Below, in pieces: positions 18,315 through 28,083 of a DNA stretch of 52,649 nucleotides. The stretch comes from an uncultured Rhodobiaceae bacterium. Lineage in GTDB: Bacteria; Pseudomonadota; Alphaproteobacteria; MED-G09. The DNA is taken from assembly GCA_964557485.1 (NCBI GenBank), contig CAZLAN010000001.1, forward strand, positions 1-52,649. Reading direction: 5' to 3'. Both the position numbers and the translations under genes were made by a program. A model generated the notes under the pieces. The model ran no database searches. It saw nothing but the letters and a program-made list of their open reading frames with translations, and had not been told where the DNA came from. The first letter of the stretch is position 1; each line of letters begins with the position of its first letter.

Positions 18315-19257
18315 ATGACTGAAACTATTCACTCAAAATTACTAATTTTAGGTTCTGGGCCTGCGGGATATACTGCTGCCATTTATGCCGCAAGAGCTAT
18401 GCTTGATCCTATTCTTTTAACTGGAATAGAGCCTGGCGGTCAAATGACAATAACAACTGATGTCGAAAATTATCCTGGATTCGTAGATGTAATACAAGGT
18501 CCCTGGTTAATGGAACAAATGAAAGAACAGGCAATAAATGTTGGGACTAATATAATTTTTGATACAATTGTTAATGTTGATTTATCTAAAAAACCTTATC
18601 AATTAATTTCCGATTCAGAAAAGATATATACTTGTGATGCTCTTATAATTGCTACTGGAGCTCAAGCAAGATGGTTAAATATTGAATCGGAGGATAAATA
18701 TAAAGGGAAAGGAGATACACCAACCATGTGCCACTTGTGATGGTTTCTTTTATAAAGATAAAAAAGTAATAGTTGTAGGTGGAGGAAATACCGCTGCTGA
18801 AGAAGCTTTGTTTCTTACAAACTTTTCAAATGAGGTGAAGCTTGTTCATAGAAGAGACAATCTAAGAGCTGAAAAAATATTACAATCACGTTTAAAAGAG
18901 AATAAGAAAATAGAAATTATTTGGGATACAGAATTAATTGAAATTATTGGCGATGAAGACCCATTAAGTGTTAATGGAGCTCTTTTATTAAATAAAAAGA
19001 CCAATGAAAAACAAAAAATTGATGTAGATGGTATTTTTATTGCTATTGGACATAACCCATCATCATCAATATTTAAGAATCAATTAGATATGAATAATAG
19101 TGGATATATTGATACAAGCCCTGATTCAACTAAAACAAGCATAGATGGAATATTTGCAGCAGGTGATGTAACTGACGAAAAGTATAGGCAAGCTGTTACT
19201 GCGGCTGGATTGGGTTGCATGGCAGCATTGGAAGCTGAAAGTTATTTATCTAAATAA
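18315..19257 (+). pseudogene. trxB: Thioredoxin-disulfide reductase with its reading frame broken just upstream of the CATC redox motif
   Basis: Frame A (18315-18740) encodes the FAD domain ([19 protein letters not shown] ... [12 protein letters not shown]) and stops at 18738-18740. Frame B carries [30 protein letters not shown] ... GIFAAGDV ... AAGLGCMAALEAE through to 19257. One base too many or too few between about 18700 and 18726 joins them. Confidence 0.85.
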
Positions 19258-19278
19258 TGTTATATATAAGGATAAATT

Positions 19279-20430
19279 TTGAAAACTATTTCTCCAGTTG
19301 AAGAAAAAGAAGAGTCTTACAACTATAAAAAGGATAGCCTCACAAGCACCTCACAGGTATTAGGAAAATTAATTGAAAATTCAATAGACGCTGAATCCTC
19401 CAACATAGACATCAGAATAGAGTTAAACGGACTCAATATAATAGAGGTAAAGGATAACGGGATAGCCATGAGTCCTCAAGAAATGATTGCCTCAGTTGAA
19501 AAAGGAAGCAAGATTAGGAATCTTAATAAAAAGATTTTCAGTTCTGATGGAAAATCACTTAATAGAATTTCAAAAGTAAGTAAACTAGAAATTATTAGTA
19601 AGGAAAAAAATAAAACCAGAGGAGCTGTTTTAAATATTTCTAATGATAAAATTCATCCTGTAAAAGAATGCTATGCTGATATTGGTACAAAAATTCAAGT
19701 AAGGGATTTATTTTATAATAATGCAAATATTCGAGATATAATAAAAAACTCAAAAAATGATGATTTATTAAAAATAATCAATACCTATGCATTAGCATTT
19801 CCTAGCATTAGTTTTACTGCTAAATTAAATAATAAAATTATCTTAGATGCTCCTAAAGAAGATAGGTTATCAAAAAATATATTTGTTTCAAGAATTAGAA
19901 ATGTTTTAGGAAGTAAGATAATTAAATCTATTATTAATTATAAAAATGAAACAAATGAATTAAGGATAAATTTCTTCTATAGCAATGAGAGTAATTCTTT
20001 CAAAAAGAAAAATTATCAATTTATGTTTATCAATAACAGACCTGTTTATGAAGAAATAATTATAAATATGATAAATGATCTTTATAAACAAACTTTTAGC
20101 GAAACGAATTATCCAGCATTTGTTTTATTTATAGAATCAAAAGAAGAATTATTAAATATTTCTAAGATCTCAAATGATAAAATTAATATAGAAAATAAAG
20201 ATATAGTTAAAATCTTAAAAAGCTTATTATTAAATGCTTTTGCTGAAGAAATTTACAAGGATAAAGATAAGAATAGCAAAAATATTAATTTATTAGATAA
20301 TCCAGTAGGATTCCATAATAAATATGAGATAAGTCAGTCAAATAACGGTCTGATTATAAAGGATAAAGACAAAAATAAGAAAATAGAAATTACTTTAGAA
20401 AGTTTAAAGAAATTTTTTAGTAAAAGTTAA
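19279..20430 (+). CDS. MutL-like protein: N-terminal GHKL and transducer region only, with degenerate motifs (383 aa)
   Basis: LIENSIDAESSNIDIRIE (motif I), VKDNGIAM (motif II), IGTKIQVRDLFYNNANIRD (motif IV plus the DLFYN box). The GFRGEAL motif is replaced by SSDGKSLNRIS. There is no C-terminal dimerisation or endonuclease domain. TTG start with AAGGA upstream. Confidence 0.6.
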   Translation: MKTISPVEEKEESYNYKKDSLTSTSQVLGKLIENSIDAESSNIDIRIELNGLNIIEVKDNGIAMSPQEMIASVEKGSKIRNLNKKIFSSDGKSLNRISKVSKLEIISKEKNKTRGAVLNISNDKIHPVKECYADIGTKIQVRDLFYNNANIRDIIKNSKNDDLLKIINTYALAFPSISFTAKLNNKIILDAPKEDRLSKNIFVSRIRNVLGSKIIKSIINYKNETNELRINFFYSNESNSFKKKNYQFMFINNRPVYEEIIINMINDLYKQTFSETNYPAFVLFIESKEELLNISKISNDKINIENKDIVKILKSLLLNAFAEEIYKDKDKNSKNINLLDNPVGFHNKYEISQSNNGLIIKDKDKNKKIEITLESLKKFFSKS

Positions 20431-20846
20431 TTTATTTTATCTGAAGGTGAATTAATTATTTGTGTTTTAAGATTATTATTTACATCTTCAACATCACGCA
20501 TTTCTGAATCAAGAACTTCTTTTATATTTGGAATTGATTCTGCAACATCAGCTCCTGTCATTAAATTTATTTCTGACTGACTAAAATCTTCTGAGCTAGA
20601 TGAATTGCTAAAAAGAATTGCTTGAAGTTCTCTACTTGGTTGTTGAGGATTTGGACGAATTTCTCCTTCTGCAGGAGGACGAAGATTATATTCCGGAGGA
20701 ATAATTAAATCTGGTTTGGTTAAAATAGTAAATTCATCTGGCGGAAGCTTATCTGTTCCCAGAACTTTTGCTAATTCACTTCCGCATCCTATTAAAAAGA
20801 TTGGAAGTATAAGAATAAAACAAATTAAAAATTGATTCTTACGCAT
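20427..20846 (-). CDS. DUF3035-family lipoprotein
   Basis: Lipobox LIGC after a signal peptide. LPPDEFTILTKPDLIIPPEYNLRPP matches the DUF3035 core. This family is typically found beside lspA in alphaproteobacteria. Confidence 0.7.
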   Translation of the reverse strand: MRKNQFLICFILILPIFLIGCGSELAKVLGTDKLPPDEFTILTKPDLIIPPEYNLRPPAEGEIRPNPQQPSRELQAILFSNSSSSEDFSQSEINLMTGADVAESIPNIKEVLDSEMRDVEDVNNNLKTQIINSPSDKIN

Positions 20847-20847
20847 T

Positions 20848-21330
20848 TCAGTTCTCCAATTTAGTATCCGATTTCAATAATTGACTTAGAAGAAATAATA
20901 TTACTCCAAAGACAATAAACATATCAGCAACATTAAAGATGTACCACGAAAATCCTTTTGCATGAAGTGAAATAAAGTCCACTACAGCTCCATAAAACAA
21001 TCTATCAAATACATTTCCTAAAGCTCCACCTATAATAAAAGAAATACTAGTTTTTGCTGTAAAAGAAGATTCATTTTTTACGAAATTAAGAAGAAATAAA
21101 ATTATACCTAGAGAAATTATTATAAGAATCCATTTTTGAAATTTTCCACCTCCTGAAAATAGACCATAAGAAATACCTGTGTTGAAAACTAAAATAAAAT
21201 CTAAAAATTGATTAATATATATTTTCTCAATATCTCCACTCCTAAAAATTGAAATTATTTTTAATTTACTAAAAAAATCAATAAGAAAAACTGGAAATGA
21301 AAGGAAAATTACTGAGATTAAGTTTCTAAT
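20848..21330 (-). CDS. lspA: Lipoprotein signal peptidase (signal peptidase II), absent from the supplied ORF track
   Basis: My own translation of the minus strand gives ...NQFLDFILVFNTGISYGLFS...IIGGALGNVFDRLFYGAVVDFISLHAKGFSWYIFNVADMFIVFGVILFLL...LEN-stop, with TGA at 20850-20848. All LspA blocks are present. There is no in-frame ATG, GTG or TTG upstream of the DRL codon. The proposed start is ATT at 21330-21328, 6 nt after AAGGAG (21342-21337), overlapping the ileS stop. Confidence 0.85.
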   Translation of the reverse strand: MRNLISVIFLSFPVFLIDFFSKLKIISIFRSGDIEKIYINQFLDFILVFNTGISYGLFSGGGKFQKWILIIISLGIILFLLNFVKNESSFTAKTSISFIIGGALGNVFDRLFYGAVVDFISLHAKGFSWYIFNVADMFIVFGVILFLLSQLLKSDTKLEN

Positions 21331-24163
21331 TTTTTTCTCCTTTAATTTCTCTCATAACTGAAGCATCTCGTAAACTTAAATCAGGATAATCCTTATCTGT
21401 TCCTACCTCTGGGAGTACTTTCCATGATCTACTGCATTTATTTCCTTTAGCAAGATTACAAATTACTGAAACACCTTGTATTTCTTCCATCTTAAATGCT
21501 TCTGAAGGATTTTCTTCTAACTTCATTTCGGCTTGAGAAGTGATAAATATCTCAGCAAGATCAACATCTTTAAAAATATCTAAATATTGTTTGTCAGAAA
21601 TATAAATAATTGGAAATGCCTCTAAGCTAGATCCAATCCTTTTTTCTTTTCTTTCAAGCTCTATAGCGCCGGTTACAACTTTTCTAACAGTTCTAATTTT
21701 TTCCCATTTTTCATACAAACTATCATTACTCCATTTTTTATTAATTTCTAAGAAACTTTGCTCATGGATTGAATCCTTTAATTCAGGAAATCTTGTTTTC
21801 CTAACTTCTTCAGAAGTAAAACAAAGTATTGGAGCAAACCAGGAAACTAGGTAATTAAAAAGAATATCTAAAACTGTACGAGTAGATTTTCTAATATTAC
21901 TATTACGGCTATCACAATAAAGACTGTCTTTTCGTATATCGAAATAAAACGAGGAAAGATCAATATTAGAGAAATTTAATAGAGCCTGAAAAACACCTTT
22001 TAAATCATAATTATCATACCCCGATCTAACTTTTTCATTAATTAAATATAATTTATGAAGAATATATTTCTCTAATTCAGGCATTTCCTCATAAGATATA
22101 ATTTCTTTATCTGAAAATTCATGGAGATTGCCGAGCATAAAACGAAATGTGTTTCTTATTTTTCTATAAGATTCTACATTTGATTTCATGATTTCCTGCC
22201 CTACTCTAAGATCATCTGTAAAATCTGAAGAAACAACCCATAATCTTAAAACATCTGCGCCATATTGATTTATTAAATCCTCTGGCTTTGTAACATTACC
22301 TAGCGATTTAGATTCTTTTTTTCCATCTTTGTCTATTACAAAACCATGAGTCAAAACCTGCTTAAATGGCGCGCTTCCTCGTGTTCCGCATCCAACTAGT
22401 AATGATGATTGAAACCAACCTCTATGCTGATCCGATCCTTCAAGATACAAATCTGCAGGCCATCCTAGACCTTCTTCACCTTCTAAAACAAATGATTGAG
22501 TAGACCCAGAGTCAAACCATACATCTAAAATATCATCTACTTTTTCCCAATCATCAGTATTATAATTTTTACCCAATATTTCTTTTATATCTATATCAAA
22601 CCATGCATCTGACCCATTCGATTCAAATAATCTATAAATCTTATTATTTACCTCTTCATCTTTTAGAACCTCACCTGTTTTCTTATTTATAAATATTGAT
22701 AAAGGAACTCCCCAAGCTCTTTGCCTCGAAACAACCCAATCAGGCCTATTATCAACCATTGATTTAATTCTATTTTTACCTCTCGCAGGTATCCACTCTA
22801 CTTTCTCTATTGATGATAAAGATTTTCTTCTTAAATTATTTTTTTCCATAGAAATAAACCATTGCGGTGTATTTCTAAAAATTAATGGTGCTTTAGATCG
22901 CCAACTATGAGGGTATTGATGACGTAATTTACCTTTTGCAAATAATGATCCGCAATTTACAAGCTCACTAATAACTGCTCCATTTGCATCACCATTTGAG
23001 CCGTCTGCGTTGTAGACCCTTTTACCTCTAAAGAGTCTTACATTTGGAAGAAAAACCCCCTCATTATCAAGCATAAAAGGTGCGTCGATGCCATTCTTTG
23101 TTGCTAAATCATAATCATCTTGGCCATGACTTGGTGCTATATGTACAAAACCAGTGCCAGTATCATCTGTTACAAAATCGGCTTCTAATAGAGGAACATC
23201 AAAATCATAGCCTTGTGAAAAGAAGGGATGTTTACAAGTTATTTCTTCTAAATCTTTAACTTCTTCAATAAAATTAAGTTTGACCTTTGCAGCACTCTCA
23301 ATGCTTTCTGCTAAAGCAGAATTAATAATTATTTTCTCCCTTAAAGAAGTCAGGCTTTCTTCTTCCGAAGTAACAATTTCAAAAAGACCATATTTGTACT
23401 TTGAAGAGAATGCTATTGCTCTATTTGCTGGTATTGTCCACGGAGTCGTTGTCCATATTAATATACATGCATCTTTTAATCCTTTGTGAATAGGAAATTT
23501 AACCCATATAGTTGGTGAAATATGTTCTTTATACTCAACTTCAGCCTCTGCAAGAGCTGTTTTTTCTACTACAGACCACATAACTGGTTTTGATCCACAA
23601 TACAGATCATCATTCATTAAAAATTTATGGAACTCTCCTACAATAGATGCCTCAGCTTTATATTCCATCGTTGTATATGGGTTTTCCCAATCACCATAAA
23701 CACCAAGTCTTTGAAATTCACTTTTTTGAATCTCTATCCATTTTTTTGCAAAAGAACGGCATTCACTTCTAAATTCATTTATTGGAACATCTTCTTTATT
23801 CTTTCCTTGATCCCTATAACTTTCTTCAACTTTCCATTCGATTGGGAGACCATGACAATCCCAGCCAGGTCTATAAATTGCATCAAAACCTGACATTTGC
23901 TTTGATTTAACAATAACATCCTTTAGAATCTTATTAAGAGCAGTTCCCATATGCAAATTACCATTGGCATAAGGAGGCCCATCATGAAGAATAAATTTTT
24001 CTTTACCTTTAGAATTTTCTCTAATTCTCTTATAAGGATTATTTTTTTTCCAAAATTCTAAGAAATTAGGTTCATTTTCAGGTAATTTTGCTTTCATTGG
24101 TAATTCTGTTTTTGGCAAAAGAAGAGTATCTCTATAATCTTTTATATTTTCATCTTTAGACAT
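21326..24163 (-). CDS. ileS: Isoleucine--tRNA ligase
   Basis: HDGPPYANGNLHMG (HIGH), KESKSLGN (KMSKS), length 945 aa, and the conserved ribF-ileS-lspA order. Confidence 0.95.
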   Translation of the reverse strand: MSKDENIKDYRDTLLLPKTELPMKAKLPENEPNFLEFWKKNNPYKRIRENSKGKEKFILHDGPPYANGNLHMGTALNKILKDVIVKSKQMSGFDAIYRPGWDCHGLPIEWKVEESYRDQGKNKEDVPINEFRSECRSFAKKWIEIQKSEFQRLGVYGDWENPYTTMEYKAEASIVGEFHKFLMNDDLYCGSKPVMWSVVEKTALAEAEVEYKEHISPTIWVKFPIHKGLKDACILIWTTTPWTIPANRAIAFSSKYKYGLFEIVTSEEESLTSLREKIIINSALAESIESAAKVKLNFIEEVKDLEEITCKHPFFSQGYDFDVPLLEADFVTDDTGTGFVHIAPSHGQDDYDLATKNGIDAPFMLDNEGVFLPNVRLFRGKRVYNADGSNGDANGAVISELVNCGSLFAKGKLRHQYPHSWRSKAPLIFRNTPQWFISMEKNNLRRKSLSSIEKVEWIPARGKNRIKSMVDNRPDWVVSRQRAWGVPLSIFINKKTGEVLKDEEVNNKIYRLFESNGSDAWFDIDIKEILGKNYNTDDWEKVDDILDVWFDSGSTQSFVLEGEEGLGWPADLYLEGSDQHRGWFQSSLLVGCGTRGSAPFKQVLTHGFVIDKDGKKESKSLGNVTKPEDLINQYGADVLRLWVVSSDFTDDLRVGQEIMKSNVESYRKIRNTFRFMLGNLHEFSDKEIISYEEMPELEKYILHKLYLINEKVRSGYDNYDLKGVFQALLNFSNIDLSSFYFDIRKDSLYCDSRNSNIRKSTRTVLDILFNYLVSWFAPILCFTSEEVRKTRFPELKDSIHEQSFLEINKKWSNDSLYEKWEKIRTVRKVVTGAIELERKEKRIGSSLEAFPIIYISDKQYLDIFKDVDLAEIFITSQAEMKLEENPSEAFKMEEIQGVSVICNLAKGNKCSRSWKVLPEVGTDKDYPDLSLRDASVMREIKGEKN

Positions 24164-24168
24164 AACTT

Positions 24169-25086
24169 TTATTTACTCAAGATATCCAAGGCTTCTTCCG
24201 AATCTTTTTTTATTTGATCTTTTAAAGAATTTATACCTTCAAATTTTCTTTCTTCCCTTAAAAATTGGACAAATGAAACAATAATATCTTTACCATATAA
24301 ATCTTCAGAAAAATCAAACAAATGTGTCTCTAGGAGTATATTTTCACCTTCAAATGTTGGTCTAATTCCATAATTTGATACACCTTTATATGACTTACCC
24401 TCAAAATTAACTTGAACTGCATAAACTCCAAATTTTAATTGAATAATTTCCTCTGTTTTAAGGTTGGCTGTTGGAAAACCTATTTCTCTTCCTCTTTTGT
24501 CGCCTTCAACAACTTTTCCTTTAATTAACCATTTATGCCCTAACATTAATTCGGCTTTTTTAAATTCACCCAACTTTATTAAATCTCTAACAATTGATGA
24601 GGAAAGAACCGATCCATCTTTTATTTGCTTATCAACAATTGAAACAGAAATGTTATATTTAGAACAAAGCTTTACTAAATCATCACTATTGCCAGATCTT
24701 TTATTTCCAAATCTAAAATCATACCCAACTATTAAATGGGAAGGGTTTATTTTCTTAAAAACAATCTCTTCAATAAATTCTTCAGGGCTTTGTTTAGCTA
24801 ATTTCTCATTAAATTCTAATACAATACATGTATCCAATCCAAGATTTTCTAAAAGATATTTCTTTGTCTTTATATCTGAAAGATAAAAATTATCAGAATC
24901 TTTCAAAAAAAACTTTCTTGGATGAGGTTCAAACACAATAACACCAGCATAAGATTTATTTTCTTTGGCTAATTTTTTGACGTTTTCTATAATTTCTTTG
25001 TGCCCAAGATGAATACCATCAAAATTACCAAGGGCAAAAATACCTCCTGGCTTAACATTCTTATCAATATTTTGAATTAAAATCAT
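24169..25086 (-). CDS. ribF: Bifunctional riboflavin kinase / FMN adenylyltransferase
   Basis: ALGNFDGIHLGH N-terminal motif. C-terminal GDKRGREIGFPTAN and the ETHLFDF kinase blocks. Confidence 0.92.
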   Translation of the reverse strand: MILIQNIDKNVKPGGIFALGNFDGIHLGHKEIIENVKKLAKENKSYAGVIVFEPHPRKFFLKDSDNFYLSDIKTKKYLLENLGLDTCIVLEFNEKLAKQSPEEFIEEIVFKKINPSHLIVGYDFRFGNKRSGNSDDLVKLCSKYNISVSIVDKQIKDGSVLSSSIVRDLIKLGEFKKAELMLGHKWLIKGKVVEGDKRGREIGFPTANLKTEEIIQLKFGVYAVQVNFEGKSYKGVSNYGIRPTFEGENILLETHLFDFSEDLYGKDIIVSFVQFLREERKFEGINSLKDQIKKDSEEALDILSK

Positions 25087-25096
25087 TTAAATCGGC

Positions 25097-25954
25097 CTAC
25101 CATATTAATTCATTTATATAATAATTTGGATAAATGCATTTATTTTCAATTGATTCTAATATTTTATCTCGACTATTATTTGAGAATAACCCACCTAACA
25201 CTAATAAAGAATCTAACTCAATAAGATTTGCACCTTTAATGTCTGTATCCAAGCTATCCCCGATAACCATAATCTGGTTATCTTCTTGATTAGTTAACTC
25301 ATTTATAGATGAAATAGCCTCCTCAAAAATTGGTGAATAAGGCTTTCCGATATTAATACTATCTCCACCAATCTCATCATACTTTTTTGATATTAATCCT
25401 GCACAAGGAATTAATTTATTTCCTCTTTGAACAAGTAAATCTGGATTAGCACATACTAGCTTCATATTTCTTTTTTTTGCTGATAATAATATATCAATAT
25501 AATCATTTTCATCTTCATTTTCATCATCAAACAATCCAGTCACAAAAATAAAATCGGATTTTTCAAATTCTACCCTTGATACATCCACACCATCAAAAAT
25601 ATTTAGGTCTCTTTCAGGACCGATATGATAACAATTTCTTCCAAACATATTATTATTAAGAGATTTCTTTGTAAGATCCCCAGAAGTTATTATTTTATCA
25701 TAACATTCTTCATTGAGAGTTAAATTATCTAACATTTTCTTTACATATAAAGATGGCCTAGGAGCATTCGATAATAAAATGATAATTTTATTTTCTTTCC
25801 TAAAATTTATTAGGCACTCTTCCACGCCATCAAATAATTTTTGCCCATCATGAAGAACTCCCCATATATCACAAATAAGAGCATCATAATTATCACATAC
25901 TTTTGAAAAATTAGTAATCTCTTCAACTTCAATTAATTTTTTATTCATTTGCAA
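25097..25954 (-). CDS. HAD-superfamily class IIA hydrolase (TIGR01459-like)
   Basis: ALICDIWGVLHDG (DxWG variant of HAD motif I), LLSNAPR, GKP, and VIGDSLDTDIKGA. Confidence 0.75.
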   Translation of the reverse strand: MQMNKKLIEVEEITNFSKVCDNYDALICDIWGVLHDGQKLFDGVEECLINFRKENKIIILLSNAPRPSLYVKKMLDNLTLNEECYDKIITSGDLTKKSLNNNMFGRNCYHIGPERDLNIFDGVDVSRVEFEKSDFIFVTGLFDDENEDENDYIDILLSAKKRNMKLVCANPDLLVQRGNKLIPCAGLISKKYDEIGGDSINIGKPYSPIFEEAISSINELTNQEDNQIMVIGDSLDTDIKGANLIELDSLLVLGGLFSNNSRDKILESIENKCIYPNYYINELIW

Positions 25955-26044
25955 TTCACTAATGTAACTCTAAGATTCAGTCAACTATTGGTTCATTTAG
26001 TTTTAAAGCTCTGCTAATCTAGTTATATAAAAAAGGAGAATCCA

Positions 26045-26809
26045 ATGAGTTTATTTGATCTAAAGGATAAAAGGGCCCTTATTACTGGCTCAACCAAGGG
26101 AATAGGAGAGGCTATAGCAAAACAATTTTCTGATCATGGTGCAAAAGTTGTTATCTCAAGTCGAAAAGAAGATTTATGTGAAAAAATTAAAGATGAAATT
26201 AATAATAAGAATCCTGATAGTGCTATTTCTATCCCCTGTAACATTAACCATAAAGAACAGTTAGAAAATCTTGTTAATCAAACAAATGAACAATTTGGTG
26301 GCATAGATATTTTAGTCTGCAATGCTGCGGTAAATCCTTTTTTTGGATCTTCGATGGATATTCCAGATGATGCATTTGAAAAGATATTAAGTGCAAATAT
26401 TAAGTCTAATCATTGGTTATGTAATTTGGTTTTACCTCAAATGATTGAAAGAAAAGATGGAGTAATAATTATTATATCATCAGTAGGAGGCCTTAAAGGA
26501 TCAGAAATGCTTGGCGCCTATGGAATATCAAAAGCTGCTGACATGCAGTTAGCAAGAAATATAGCTGTAGAACATGGTCCTAATAATATTAGATCCAATT
26601 GCATTTCACCTGGTTTGGTTAAAACTTATTTTGCAAAAGCTTTATGGGATAACCCTGAAATACTTAAAAGCACAACATCCAAGGCCCCTCTTAGAAGAAT
26701 AGGCATTCCTGATGAGATTGCTGGGGCTGCAGTTTATCTTGCAAGTAAAGCTGGTTCTTTTACAACTGGGCAAAATATTGTCATTGATGGAGGAGTTACT
26801 ATTGCTTAA
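26045..26809 (+). CDS. SDR-family oxidoreductase
   Basis: TGSTKGIGEAIA, CNAA, and YGISKAA (Y-x-x-x-K). Confidence 0.85.
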   Translation: MSLFDLKDKRALITGSTKGIGEAIAKQFSDHGAKVVISSRKEDLCEKIKDEINNKNPDSAISIPCNINHKEQLENLVNQTNEQFGGIDILVCNAAVNPFFGSSMDIPDDAFEKILSANIKSNHWLCNLVLPQMIERKDGVIIIISSVGGLKGSEMLGAYGISKAADMQLARNIAVEHGPNNIRSNCISPGLVKTYFAKALWDNPEILKSTTSKAPLRRIGIPDEIAGAAVYLASKAGSFTTGQNIVIDGGVTIA

Positions 26810-26821
26810 CTCTAAAATAAG

Positions 26822-27841
26822 ATGAAAATACTTTTACTAGGCGAAAAATGTGAGCCATTCATTCCAATTTTTAATAAAAATCTGGATGAAAGTTGGGAAA
26901 TAAACAAATGGAATCCCGAAGATGGAAGAGATAACCTTATTGAACTTTATAAAGATGCAGAAATAATAGTTACGGGTTTTGATGCTATGAATAAAGGTAA
27001 TATTTTTAAATACATACCAGAAGCAAAAAATCTTAAGCTTCTACAAATACCCTTTGTTGGTGTTGACTGGCTTGACACAAATTTTCTTCCATCAAATGTT
27101 ATGATTGCAAATGCTTCAGGTCATGAAATAGCAATGGCAGAATATACGGTAGGCGTAATGTTGGCGCTTGCTTTGGATATCTATAAGATGGATAAAACCT
27201 TTAGGGATGGATCTTGGGAAGATTGGCCAGGACTTACTCATACTAAATCTATTCATAGTGAGATTTATAGTAAAACTTTAGGTGTCATTGGATATGGCTT
27301 AATTGGGCAAGAATGTGCAAAGAGAGCCAAAGATTTAGGTATGAAAGTTTTTGGTATTAATAGAAATGAGAGAAAAATACTTCCTCCAGAACTTGATTGG
27401 CATGGGACTTCAAATGAATTAGATAAACTATTAACTGAAAGTGATTATGTATTGTTAGCTTGCGACTTAAATGACTCCACTTACCACATAATTAATGAAG
27501 AAAAATTAAACAAAATGAAGGAAAGTGCATATCTGATAAATATTGCTAGAGGTAATGTTTGTAATGAAGATGATCTATACAAGCATTTGAAGGAAAAAAG
27601 AATATCAGGCGCTGCAATTGATACATGGTGGATTTATCCATATACAGATAAAGATAATGAAAACCCTAAACCTTCTAAATTACCTTTCCATGAACTTGAT
27701 AATATAATTATGTCACCACATAGTTCTTCACATACTTTGGAATCTGATATAAGGAGAGCTGAATATATGGTAGAAAATTTTAAAGCCTTTAAAAAAGGAA
27801 TAGAAGTTCCGGGTTTTGTTTTTTATGGTACTGGAACTTAA
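26822..27841 (+). CDS. D-isomer-specific 2-hydroxyacid dehydrogenase family protein
   Basis: NAD-binding GVIGYGLIGQECAKRA, ARG, and the D...SPH catalytic region (IMSPHSSSHT). Confidence 0.8.
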   Translation: MKILLLGEKCEPFIPIFNKNLDESWEINKWNPEDGRDNLIELYKDAEIIVTGFDAMNKGNIFKYIPEAKNLKLLQIPFVGVDWLDTNFLPSNVMIANASGHEIAMAEYTVGVMLALALDIYKMDKTFRDGSWEDWPGLTHTKSIHSEIYSKTLGVIGYGLIGQECAKRAKDLGMKVFGINRNERKILPPELDWHGTSNELDKLLTESDYVLLACDLNDSTYHIINEEKLNKMKESAYLINIARGNVCNEDDLYKHLKEKRISGAAIDTWWIYPYTDKDNENPKPSKLPFHELDNIIMSPHSSSHTLESDIRRAEYMVENFKAFKKGIEVPGFVFYGTGT

Positions 27842-27860
27842 TAAGAGGTATAATATTACA

Positions 27861-28079
27861 ATGATTGATTCAGATAAAAATATTGAAAGAATTACAGTAC
27901 TAGCTAAAGACTTTACTCCTGCTGCAATGGAGTTTCATAAAAAGAATATGAGTTCAAAAGGATATAGAATGGAAGGAACCATTGTTCCTAGAAGATTCCA
28001 AATTATTGAAGGCGTTGACGATGCCAAGGACTTATTTGATGGTGAAGAATATTATGCAGTAACATTTGTTAAAGAGTGA
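27861..28079 (+). CDS. Small hypothetical protein (72 aa)
   Basis: Open frame starting from the ATG at 27861. The longer 27816 start in the ORF track would overlap the preceding gene. No recognisable motifs. Confidence 0.4.
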   Translation: MIDSDKNIERITVLAKDFTPAAMEFHKKNMSSKGYRMEGTIVPRRFQIIEGVDDAKDLFDGEEYYAVTFVKE

Positions 28080-28083
28080 TAAA

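Noticed and set aside
18682-19257. The ORF-track entry treats the second half of trxB as an independent 191-aa gene starting at 18682.
   Set aside because: The first 10 residues or so ([10 protein letters not shown]) are out-of-frame read-through of the upstream half. The protein would lack an FAD domain. It is better explained as one interrupted trxB.
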